A stretch of DNA of 61,434 bases, counting the filler, from Choristocarpus tenellus KU-1152 (Eukaryota > Protista > Phaeophyceae): NCBI GenBank assembly GCA_964200185.2. It is 11 parts of 11 records of this genome, joined end to end, with 100 filler letters (N's around TTAATTAATTAA, not from the genome) between each part and the next. Parts side by side here need not be neighbours in the genome. Positions count along the whole stretch, not along the records: positions 10,992 to 26,915 come from CAXNAD020000905.1; positions 27,016 to 34,447 come from CAXNAD020006174.1; positions 34,548 to 41,768 come from CAXNAD020006515.1; 8 more parts are not named here. One strand, 5' to 3'. The notes under the pieces are model-generated. The model had not been told where the DNA came from and ran no database searches. It saw nothing but the letters and a program-made list of their open reading frames with translations. Positions 25,372 through 37,239 of the stretch are shown here, piece after piece. A program made the translations under genes and the position numbers. The first letter of the stretch is position 1. Every line of letters begins with the position of its first letter.

Positions 25372-27015
25372 GTAAGAAGTAAGAGGTAAGAAGTGGGTCA
25401 AAATATCTGGGGGGGGGTGCCGGCGTCCGTTTTTGACCCTGTAAGAAGTAAGAGGTAACAAGTAACAAGAAAGAAGTAAGAAGTGGATGAAAGTATCTGG
25501 AGGGGGGGTGCCGGCGTCCAGTTTTGACCCTGTAAGAGGTAAGAAGTAACAAGTGCCATCTTTTGTTTAGTTCATCAAAAGTACTGGTGATGGTGATTGT
25601 GGTACACTAATCAAAAGTACTTTAATGTCAGTGCTGTACACTTACTGACTCTCAACCACTACTACCTATAACTAGGTAGGTACTGTATTTCTAACCAATA
25701 CAACTAAGTAGACACAATATTTGGTGTTTGCTACAATCCAGCCTGATGAGATGACGCCTTGTGCCCACATGTGTCATACTGGAGTGTACACCAGACCTCT
25801 TCTTCCCATCAATTGTGTAATCAATCGATGATATGGTTTTGAGAGGGCAATCAATAGCTAGTACATACCATGAGTATACATAGGTTGGGTTAGGGTTTGG
25901 TGACAAGGTGTGCTTCTCTTGCCTTTTGCAGGGAAGATTTTGAGTTTTGTGGATGCCCTTTTCTCCTTTTTTGGTGAGTTTGTTATTATTACTGTTATTG
26001 TTCAATCAACTATAAAAGGGACTACTTTGGAGTGGAATTAACCTAGAAACATTATTTATTTGTACCTTACTGTATTCAAAATATAGTATAATAGGACATG
26101 GTTCACAGCATTGGGGAAGGGGGTTGGTAAATTTATAGAGTGTAGTCGGTAGATACCTTTGCTGGGTCTCTCCAGTAGGGCTGTTGGTGTCTAGGGGTTG
26201 GAGGGTGAATAGAGATGCCGATCGGTCCATGAGCCCCTTGTTTACCTGTGTATTGTCATTGTTACCAATACAATGATCTGCTTGGTCTGATCAATTGCCT
26301 TTGGTTTGTCAGGACTGACAAGTGTCACAAAACCTCTTCAATTAGTTCCTTCTTATGTTCCCTCTATATCATTGAAATATAAATATTTTCACTCATGGCC
26401 TTCAATTCATTCATTAGGGTTAGCTCATTCATTCCCCTATTGACAACACACACACACACACACACACAAGACACACAGGTGTAATTATATTTTTGATTAC
26501 TGATTTGGACACCTAAATGGTAGAAAGTGCCTCAACCAGTTCCCACTCCATCTACACACATTTTCACACTTCATTTACTCTCCCACCTTAGTATACTACT
26601 ATACCTTCCTTCTCTGTACCTTCTTTTGTCTCTTAGCAGGAAAGCTTCGCCACAATCGACCCATTCTGCCACCACGACCTTGGCCTGAGGATGAAGACAA
26701 AGATGATGGTGAGGAAGGGCCTCATACAACTGGGGGGGCAGAGAGGGAAGTGGAATTACAGGGTGTGAGAGAAGTCAACACCTCTCCAGTGCTGGATACA
26801 GAGATAGTTCGAGGAAGGGGGGGAGGGGGGGGGGGGGGGGGGGGGGGGGGGAAGGGGGCGGGGGGGGGAAGGGGGGGGATGTCGGGGGGCGGCGGTACAA
26901 TAAAAAAAAAAAAAANNNNNNNNNNNNNNNNNNNNNNNNNNNNNNNNNNNNNNNNNNNNTTAATTAATTAANNNNNNNNNNNNNNNNNNNNNNNNNNNNN
27001 NNNNNNNNNNNNNNN

Positions 27016-27904
27016 CCAGAGGTATTAGGCGGTCCTTGACAAGCATCTCCACGGCGTTCTGGACGAACTCGTTGTCCTGGCTTCGGTCTTCACTGCACAC
27101 CGTCATACTGTGAGCCCAAACCCTTCCATTCCCGAGATTACTCTCTTCTCTGAAATCCGTCAACCACCAGACAATGGTTACAAGCGCCGTAAGGAATAGG
27201 TTGAAGAATTCTTGTTGTGTCAAGTCCTTGTGGTTGTGTTGCAGGTGGGCGCTGAAGTCCATGGTCATGGCGGCATGACCTTTGGGGAGGCGGGCTTTGC
27301 AGTGCTTGTATTGTTGCGCCTGCCAAATGGTGGTATTGTGATGAAGGAAGAAGCTTTTCTCGAAGTTTGCAAATATGTCTTTTAGGAGTGTGGAGAATCC
27401 CTCCGTCCTTGGGAACAGCACCTGCATGGAATGGGGGAAGTGGTCGCGAATCATCGGGAGTTGTTGCTGGTGGTGGTGGTAGGTCATGGTGATTTGGGGC
27501 GAGTTACGTGGTGTAGCCGATTATGTACGGTGCTGTGTGAGGGAGTATGTGCTTGTTGTTTGACGAATACGCCGTATGTGAGACATGTATTTATGCAAAT
27601 GTGCAGCACATAACTATTATTGGAATGAAAATGTCGCTGTCACCTTTCGCCTCCGACTGTGTTTGTCTATTTGCCCTGTGGCGTCTTCGTCGTTGTCATT
27701 ATCCTCGGTCCTGTTCCTCCTGATGTTGGGGGCGAACTCTCCCACCATGCATTTAGCGATAATCAAATCATCCGTCATGAGATTGTCCGCCCTCAGCTCC
27801 GCATATTTCTCGGTGATCAACTTGATCATGTCGTCTTTGGTGGTCCCGCTTGGGGTGGCGATGCCAAGTCTAGACGACAGCGCCTGTGTGACAGTGTAGG
27901 CGGG

Positions 27905-27971
<67 letters not shown>

Positions 27972-30400
27972 GCTTTATCGTAGCATGGGTGTATACTGGG
28001 GTGTATGGATGTGTTTATACACCTGGATCTGGTCGACACATTGCGCAGGTTGCCGGGTCAACCCTGTACCGCTGTGAGGGTGGGACCGGACAGGTTCGTC
28101 TTCAAGACTTAGTCAGTTGTTGAGTGTTTGGGTAAGGCCCACCTTTAATTCCTGGCCAGTCTTTTGTTGCAGATCCGCCTCTAACACCGGGGTGTACGCG
28201 TGGACGAACTCGCTCCATGTGCACGGGTGTTGTGAGCGTCCAGCATGCAAGGGCACTTCCACATGGGGTGAGATTTCCAGTTGCACAGGTGACATGTACT
28301 GTCGACACATGATTTTTTGAAACCGCCCAAGGAACCGCCAGAGGACGGTTCGCTGAGGGGTTCCAGCATGGTCCTGTCGCATCTATTTTGTTTTGATTAG
28401 TCCATATGACGAGCGGTTTTTGTTGTCAGTGTGGTGCGGATGTTTCGGCAGCGGATGGAACGTCACTAGTGGAGTATGGTTTTGACTGCAGTACACATAC
28501 ATACGTAGAGTACGTGTAGTGAAAACGGTTTGAGTGTGTGTGATGTACGTTAGTGTATGTATCTTTAGTGTGTGGTCTCATTATGTTGGAGAACCATATT
28601 ACAGCTCGTGGGGCAATAACATATTCAACACATCAAAAGGGATGTGGTTTGGAAGATAAGCTTAAAAGAGGAAGGCCATTAAATGAGCACCACTTTCGAG
28701 TGCGGTCTCCACTTCTTTACACCCGCATCCTTTGCCTTTGCCGCAGAATTCGCATGCGCATGCGCAAGCACGTTGTCCATCGTCTCAAAAGCTCATTATT
28801 CCATATACTCTCTTCCAGTTCTGTCTTAGGCAGTGAACCTGGAGGTCAGTGGCCATATGGTGTATGCAAACGCACGATCTGTGTTGCGCAGGAGGGTGGA
28901 GGGAGGAATGCGGTTGGTGGGTTATCCTCGCTTTTTTGTGTGTGGACACTCATGATGCATAACATGACTGGCTATCCTGTCGCGGTTAGGAAAATGTAGA
29001 GATGCCCGGTCGCTACTGTAGCGTGTATATAAGAAAACCCCGATAGGCTCAATTTCCGCACATCATACCTTGGCGTGGCCTTTGAAATGTAGAACAGTCT
29101 CCACTTCACGAATGTTGACAGACAGGGTATTGGTCCTGAGATCCCCTCCTGTTCGAATCTCTCCTTGAAGTTGGCATAGACATCCTCATCTGTGCCAATC
29201 TGTGACCTGTTGTGACGCGGGTTGCACCATGTGTATATGTGGTGTAATGTAACAGTTTGGTTGGAGGGTGAAAATGTGTTGCACTGTGATTAATCCATGA
29301 AGTGTCGAGGGTGGATACACGCATAATATTGTTGAAGATGACACTCGCCAGTGTTGAGTACTTCTGAGCGTGCTGTTGGCACAGTGCATCAGGATGGCAA
29401 ACTCTCTTGTTCGTATGTGGGTCTAAGTAGTGCATTCCCTGGGCAGCATCATGAGATGTGACCGTATCGTGGGGCATGGCGGTGCTGTTGCTCTCCCACA
29501 CGGTGATACCCAGAACATGTGTATCAGGATGCAAGACATGGAACTGTCGTGAGGAGTTGTCCCTTCTCATGTCGAACACCCTTGGTCTGCCGTTTTGTGC
29601 GAGGAACGATGGGAGATATGGGGCGGGTGTGTCGGTTGTGCAGCATAGTATGAGGGATCATCCGGGCATCCCTGTTAGTGATGAAACTGTGTTCTACGTA
29701 CACAGTGAATGTGTTCGCCCAGGGGGGGGGAAGGTTTGTGTGTCACACTATTGGTGGTTGCGCGAGAAAACGAACTTCCATGCCTGTGTGTGGCACCTGG
29801 AGCGTAGTCGTGAGCGATGTTTATGTTTGAGCTGGGAGAGAAGCCTCCAACATCATCTGCAGTCGATTCGGATGGCCTCGCCTGTTGCCGCATGTCTCGC
29901 AAGAATTCCGTGCGTTTTTCGGCGGACGATCTTAGTATGCCAATGCTGATGTTGTACTTCTTTGCGGTGACAGACAGAAGTGGTTGAAACGTTGATGTCA
30001 CCCCGTCGTTGCCTTTTACGACATCGGGAGTGATGCTGACGAGGACGGACTTGTACACCTGGCGCATGTGGTCGGTGCTAAGATCATTGTTTATGCCTTG
30101 GAGGAATGTATAAACCTGGGGATCAGGCGTTGACTCGCATTGTTCCCGACCCAACGCAACTCGCAGTGCACTTGCCAACGGTGCAAATCTGCTCTTCTCA
30201 TCCAACAACCAAGAGGCAAGGTCGTTCCAAGTGCGACTGCTTTCTTCCATCTCTTCTGATCCATTGCGGATGACAAACATGGAGAGGAAGATGTCCATTA
30301 TCTGGTCCGTTTTGGATTTCTTCCACAAACGGGCGGCACTGGTCTTGGGTAGTCTCTTTTGTCCCCGTCTCCTGAGTGGGATCGAAAGGAGGCCACGATG
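27016..30400 (-). mobile_element. Sola2-type DDD transposase gene, copy A: multi-exon, decayed (one stop, one frameshift), 3' end cut by contig break (approximate exons 30370-29880, 29590-29360, 29210-29070, 28880-28695, 28380-28143, 27882-27643, 27421-27016)
   Basis: Motifs in order: STFVKWRLFYI, SCVCIHH (CxCxxH), CVDSTCHLC, HHNTTIWQAQQYKHCKARLPKGHAAMTMDFSAHLQHNHKDLTQQEFF (DFSEN-like first catalytic D), SMTVCSEDRSQD (SDD..HD-like). This order fits Sola2 transposases as I know them. Confidence 0.8.
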
Positions 30401-32924
30401 TAAGTTGGATGGGTTTGTTTCCTTTGAAACTAGTGATCGATCCTTATTGTGCGAAAAACCTCAGTAATATTGCATCTTTCTTCGGGGAAAGGTGCTCGCG
30501 CACAATGTTTCATCATTCTAGGTGCTAAACGGAAAAGGGCCGTGGTGAATGACACCCCACTTTGAAAGCATAGAGAAGGGTGTTGTTTGACGCATCAACG
30601 ACTGAAACTGCCTTGAATATACCCTCTTGAAAATGTGTGCGTCGCATATATGCGGTCAATCGTGAGCCACATACAAAAGGTTACCAAAAAAAGGAAGAAG
30701 CATGTGTAGGACGAGGTGACTGGGGGTAGTTTGTCCAACGGTACGAAGCGTGTTTTGGTATGAATTTCTGTTGGAAAACAGTTGACATGTGCATGGTGGG
30801 TGTCGCCCCTGACATCGTGTTCTCGCGTATGTTACACAATTGACGTGTTCTGACAAATGGTAAACTAATGTGCACTGTGGATTTAGTTGAATCAATATTG
30901 AATGTTACATGTAATGTAGGTCAACACATAGCCCCGTATGCGCATACCATTGTATGCACCCCTCGGTCTATGGGGGCACGAGATAGCGATTGAGTTCTGT
31001 GGTGAGTTCAGGATGATGGTTTGGGGGTGTGTGGCTCGAAAAAGTTGGTATGTCGACCGCAGCAACTTTCGCCACACTCTGTTGCAGAACAACATTCAGC
31101 GAGAATGACACGATTTGTGTGACTCGAAGTAGGTTTGTATGTGTACAGCCGCAATGTTTGCTGTGCTTTGACCAACGGTAGAGTATGACAAAATGTGACA
31201 TGAGGTGAGCGGATGAAGGAAGGGGGAAACATGAATCGGTATTATTTCATCAACATGTAAGGGTGAGAGAGAGAGAGTGTCAGGGTAAAAGCATAGGGTT
31301 AGGGTCGGGACAGGTGCTATGGTTGGGATCGGAAACGGAAACCGTAAGGAACATCGTTTGGTTCTGATATATACCGGAACGCGGATATCGATAGGATTCG
31401 TTCTGCTCTTTATGGGAGGAGGTGCGCGTCACCGGCTCGGAACTACGGCCCAAGTAGTGAATACCATGTCTCTCGGATTTCGATGCAATTCTGCAATTTC
31501 GGTAGGGGGTATGGTGACCATATGGTTCGCTAAGCCTATTCTTCAAGCGCTAATTCCTCATTGAGGCAATTACAGAACGCACAGGCCACATTTGAGTGTA
31601 TCGCTTCGACCAGACGTGGTCTTGCCTTTGGGATGTCCTGGTGTCTACCCCTTCGAAGTCCACGAATTCAGTCCCGTTCTTAGAGAGATCCCGTAGTGGC
31701 TGGCGGGTCATCATCGTACATCTGCGGTGCGAGGGATGTGTCGTCCCCTTGGTCAACCGCAACCACGAATTCCTCAATAATTGTCCAGACCCGTTGCTTT
31801 GTTGTGGAGAGAGTGAGGGAGTGTGGGGTCTCTCTCGCATATGTAACTTGGCGAAAGTTTCTCTTTGTCGTGCAATATAATATAAGCACTACGCGAAGTG
31901 TGAATATACGTTTAAGTTCCAATGTAAGAGTAAAGAACCGCGAATTTATGCAGATGAAGATGCCAACTCAAAGTTTTGACCCTTTCGCTCCAATGAAGGA
32001 GTAGCGCGTAAAGAGTTATATATGTATATACCTCTAATACATACAACTCTCATATATATCTCATATACATATATATATTAATATTACCCATTATTATATA
32101 TATAACTCTTACATATAAATATATGAATATTTATATATATATAAGTGTATAACGTTTTTGGTTCCATTCAACCCAATCGTCATGCATAGAAGTTTCGAGA
32201 TATATGTCAAGAGTGCAGAATCCCGTTTATTAAATATCCGTTCTTATCATAGAAGAAGGAACACCCGAAGTGGCCTGTTCGTAACAGCAAAACATATATA
32301 CTATTATATAATAGGGGTAGAACATGCAATAAAGGCGGTTCTTGTTGTACGGACAATGGTTCGGTTGCTGCACAACCGAATATAGAATAGATAACAGGAC
32401 CATACCCTCTTGGTCGGGAGAGGGTATGCGTGTATCCCTTGCATGGGAACCGTCCTTGTGTGAGGCTATCCCTGTGCGTCGTACGTTACGCTGAATACCG
32501 GGCGTATAGGAAGCTAAAAAATTACCCCACTGCCACCTCGTGCAATGTGATCGTTTGTGTACGGCTGGAGGATGGTGTGAACCGACCGCCTAATGCCATC
32601 CTCTCTGAGCCTGACTCGATGTGCAAAATATTTCCTCTCTCTTTCTGTTTGTTCCTCTTGTCCCGTTTGAAACGTGCCCACTCCATGCAGAAATCCAGCG
32701 ATCAACTACGAGGCGAAGTACAACCACCTGACGCCGCAATGCCTCCAAAGGGAACTAAAAGGTGAGCCCCCATACAAGAAACGTTCGCCCTTCCTGCGGC
32801 CTACACAGGAGCGTATCTGGATGACCAACGTCGCAAACACGCCGTCACGATTTATAGTGCCTTTGGTGGGTGTTGCGTCTATCGTTCGTCAACGTTGAAT
32901 GTACGAGAATGTGACTGAGATGAT

Positions 32925-34447
32925 ACTGTACCCACTGCCTGTGTATGGCGGAGATTGTAGCATTTCTAGTTTCGATTTCCTGTGTTGCTTTGTGCTCCCA
33001 ATCGTGTACTCACCACCTCTCCACAGTGGTGATATCACCGTTCATATATTCGATGTCCTGTATTTGATTGTGCTCCAAACCGTCAGCACACGACCTGTCC
33101 ATGTGGGGGTGATATCCCCAAACTTATATTCGATATTCCCTCAAATTATCTGTGCTCCAAAGCATGTGCACACAACCTGCAAATGGTGGTTTAATTACCA
33201 TTTTTGGATTCGATGCCTGTAATTATTCGTGGTCCCATCCTTTTACACACCACCTGTCCATTGTGGATATTCCAGCATTTTTTTATACGATTTCCTGTGT
33301 TGCTTTGTGCTCCAAACCGTGTGCACACCACCTCTCCGCGGTGATGATGTGACCATTTTTGGATTCGATGTTATGTGGTTGCTTGCGTTTATACAAAAGG
33401 GTGCACACCACCTGTCCATGTGGAGGTGATATCCCCAATCTTGTATTCGATTCCCTCAAATTATCTGTGCTCCAAAGCGTGTGCACACCACCTGCACATG
33501 GTGGTTAAATTACCATTTTTGGATTCGATGCCTGTAATTATTCGTGGTCCCATCCGTGTACACACCACCTGTCCATTGTGGATATTCCAGCATTTTTTTA
33601 TACGATTTCCTGTGTTGCTTTGTACTCCAAACCGTGTGTGCACGCCACCTCTCCGCGGTGGTGATACTACCATTTTTGGATTCGATGTTATGTGGTTGCT
33701 TGCGTTTATTCAAAAGGGTGCACACCACCTGTCTATGTGGGGGTTATATCCCCAATCTTGTATTCGATTCCCTCAAATTATCTGTGCTCCAAAGCGTGTA
33801 CACACCACCTGCAAATGGTGGTTTAATTACCATTTTTGGAATCGACGCCCTGTAATTATTCGTGGTCCCATCCGTGTACACACCACCTGTCCATGGTGAT
33901 GATTGTGCAATATAGGCTGATAGTCTATATGGTTTATAGGTTTTTAGTGAATACAACTAGATAACAGGAATGTTGGCTAAGTGGAACAAGTGCCATCGAC
34001 TTGTGTTCGTGTGCTTAAAGTAATATATGTTCGAATCTCGTATGATCGATTTCATATACTGAGTACTTCTTAATTGCATAATGATATCACCATGATTGAA
34101 ATTCGATGTTACGTGGTTACTTGCGTTTATTCGAAGGGGTGCACACCACCTGTCCATATGTGGGTGATATCCCCGCTCTTAGGTTCCATACCCTCAAATT
34201 ATTTGTGGTCCCAACCTTCTGCACACCTCCTGGTAATGGTGGTTATATCACCATTTTTGGATTCGATGTCCTGTAATTGTTTGTGGTCCCATCCGTGCTT
34301 ACTCCACCTGCCCACGGTCGTGATTCCACCATTTTTGAATTCGATGTTATGTGGATACTTGCCTTTATTCCAAGAGGTGCACACCGTCTGTCCACGTGGG
34401 TGATACCAAGGTTTTTACATTCGATGCTCTGTAGTTATTAGTGCTCC
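32925..34447. repeat. Satellite with ~79-bp monomer in a ~316-bp 4-mer higher-order repeat (interrupted ~33900-34060, runs to contig end)
   Basis: Core cacaccacct recurs at ~33246, 33324, 33404, 33484, 33561, 33640, 33721, 33801, 33879, 34142, 34222, 34301, 34380; ttatctgtgctccaaagc recurs at ~33146, 33461, 33778. Confidence 0.9.
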
Positions 34448-34547
34448 NNNNNNNNNNNNNNNNNNNNNNNNNNNNNNNNNNNNNNNNNNNNTTAATTAAT
34501 TAANNNNNNNNNNNNNNNNNNNNNNNNNNNNNNNNNNNNNNNNNNNN

Positions 34548-34830
34548 GATGACGTGTGCTACGATGTTCCTGTGTGTGATGTGGATCAACTGAATATCAA
34601 CTGATGCTATACTTCTATCTACTGTCATCGATGTGATGATGAGTTGGAACGCGCAATGAATAAAGGAACACTAACAACCAGTGCAATACACCAATCAACA
34701 GTCAGTACAAGCTGGTAGATGTGTATCATATCAACAAGGAACAAATGAGTAGCCTATGTTTTAACATTCCACACTGGACCCGCGGCTTTGGTGCTTTAAT
34801 GAAGGACAAAGAACAGCTTAATGTAGATGA
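34548..34830 (+). repeat. Interspersed repeat family D, possibly an LTR fragment (inverted copy 51915-52135; partial copy 54311-54364)
   Basis: Direct similarity: caactgaatatcaactgatgctatacttc is shared with the reverse complement of 52062-52094, and ccacactggacccgcggcttt..ggtgctttaatgaaggacaaagaacag with 54311-54364. LTR identity is a guess. Confidence 0.75.
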
Positions 34831-35558
34831 GCAAAGTTAATATTACAAGAGGGCTTATGATCTCGATTCCGCTGACTGAGAACGTGGGTAAGACCAGTGT
34901 TGATTGCCGTGAGGGGTTTGCAATGTCCACATGGATAATCAGAAAATAATAGTGCAATCAGAAAATAATACTATCGCTGCATCATACATGATATGTGCAG
35001 ACTTCAACTAAGATATACCGAAACATGTATCTACTCTACTTTTCCTCCATTACTCCATTACTCCACTGGTGGTATTCATCTTTCCTATCTTCTCCATCGA
35101 TGGTGTTTATAGTGTATCAGCAGCACTATCCACGAACATCATATACCTTTATACCGATTTTTTTCTTCTTTGTCAGGAATCCATTATTCCATTGGAGGAT
35201 ATTCCGTGAGAATGAATCAATGGAATCTCTTCAAGAGACCAGTTCCACAGATATTGGACTGCTCTTCATTCAGAGTGGTCAAACAAGAAATATTCACTTC
35301 ATTCTCACTTCTTAACTTTTCTGATGATCTTCTCTCACTAGATCTTCAGGGTCAGTCCCCACAGGTTTTGTACTAGCAGTCTTGTACTTGCCCAAACTTA
35401 GCATTGTCCTCTTGGTTATGGTTTGTCTTGTTCTATCGGGTCCGTCTTGCCCGCTGATTTTCTTCACCTCCCTTGCCTGAGTGAACCAAGCCGCTGCAGA
35501 ATCACACAATCCATGGAAGAGAATCTTGATTATTACGTGGTAATTACTGTTTAGGAAA

Positions 35559-35757
35559 GGGCTAAAGCATTCAAGAGGGTAAGAGTTTTGCCCTATTTGT
35601 CCGTTCGAGGCTTGACCTCCCATGTTTCCCCCACCCGCTTTTTCGGCTTTCTCTGTACTACAGTTACCTACAGAGTATACGACTGTGAAAGGTTTGTTCG
35701 AAGCAAGGATATTGTCACTTGCTAACAAACACATAGCAAAAATTCATCAAAATCGCA
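35559..35757 (+). mobile_element. Truncated, diverged MITE family A copy fused to a transposase exon
   Basis: gggctaaagcattcaagagggtaagagttttgcccta ... aaggatattgtcacttgctaacaaacac..catcaaaatcgca; the right TIR is missing. Confidence 0.75.
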
Positions 35758-36735
35758 TGCGTCATTCCATGTGGAAATGCCCTTGTATGATCAACTCCCA
35801 CAGTACCAAGATTATGTGGAATCAGCTTGTCAATGCGTACACCCCTGTTGTGGAGGAGGAACTGGACGTAAAGATCCCCCAAGAGATCAAGGTGCGACGT
35901 GTGGCCATCTACGGGAAACCCTATAGTGATATGTCATTCGATCAATCCCCCCTCTTGTGATTCTTAGGCACACATACAAGGATCGACACTTGGCAGAAAA
36001 TGAACCGGTAATTTATTTGTTGTGTCACTCACTGACACAACACACCTTCCCTGTCTTTACATGCTGCGCCGAAGGCACTGTACTCTCGTATTGGCCCCAT
36101 CACCCCCAACAGGGCAACGAAGGGAGAAATGATCGAGAAGATCAAGGTAAAGTATACCAAGTTCAAGGCCAAGAATCTCATGACCAGCGACTCCTTTATC
36201 CTCACCACCAGCATGGTGGGAGAGTCTACCTCTAACATGAGGAGGAGAAGAACCGAGGAGAATGGCAACGAAGAGACGATATAGGGTCTACGGACACGGG
36301 TATCAAGAGACTAGAGGTTAGTATGCTGCCAGGACCAAAGGGATAGTCACCACTGCATGTGTAACAATGTCTCCGTCCAACAGGAAAGAAACCCTCCCCC
36401 CCGAACTCAATGTACTCAAAGTTGTGCCGCAGCAACATCTTAATAATTACAATGGGTAAACTTATTCCAAGAACAGAAACCGGAATTATTGCTCCCTGTA
36501 CGATCTGGTCCTTTTCCCACGGACGGAGGGGTTCCCCACACATTCGTTGAGGTCCTCTTCACCAACTTCGTCCAGAACATTTACCTTCATTACAACAACA
36601 TCTCATAGGCACGACTGAGCAAACACTGCAAATCCCGCCTCCCCCAAGGCCACGCTGCCATGTCCATGGACTTTAGTTCCCTACTTCCGCACAACCACCA
36701 AGACTTGACACAACAAGAGCTTTTTAATCTATCTT
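35758..36735 (+). pseudogene. Sola2-type transposase copy B, 3' half (inverted relative to its 5' half)
   Basis: HSMWKCPCMINSH..AYTPVVEEELDVKIPQEIK | ALYSRIGPITPNRATKGEMIEKIK.. | LFPRTEGF..KHCKSRLP..GHAAMSMDFSSLLPHNHQDLTQQELFNL. Homologous to copy A exons, with stops and frameshifts. Confidence 0.8.
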
Positions 36736-37239
36736 GACAGCGCTCCTGCCCATAGTTCGGTGGTTGAGGGACCCGAGGGAAGGGAGAAAACTAGGAAATG
36801 GAAGGACCTGGGCTCACAACACTTCTTCTCTTCCTGCCACGGATAGTCAATGTCCGATTGAGTTGGGGATGTGATGAAGTCTGCCTCCAGGAGGCTCGAG
36901 TTAAATGGGGTACGGATGACGAGAATCTTGCCCTTGGGGGAGACAATCAAGCCAAGAAAGACACAGTAGACGTTGAGGGATCCAATACCAGAGGAAGAGG
37001 GACGCCTCCATAGGGACTGCAAGGTCTCTCCCCCTGGCCAGACTGTCGTCATCAAGGTTAGTACCCTCCATCCATGCACTCCTCATCCTCATATGTTTTA
37101 ACCCATCCTTCCAAAAAGGAGACTTATTTGTATATATTCCTAGATTCAATTCCTTAGTATCTAAAAACGTAATATAATGATACTATCTTGCTATACAATG
37201 AACAATAACTTACTGCTGGAAGAAGTTAATTACATCGAA

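Noticed and set aside
32925-34447. CRISPR-like array or repeat-protein ORFs (e.g. 33375-33899)
   Set aside because: Monomers are homologous along their whole length and repeat in a 4-mer order with no unique spacers; the ~79-bp period does not preserve a reading frame; no cas genes; eukaryotic context.
35377-35490. About 100-bp similarity to 55975-56065 as a conserved gene
   Set aside because: The similarity is real but short and the frame is not conserved; probably another repeat fragment that I cannot classify.
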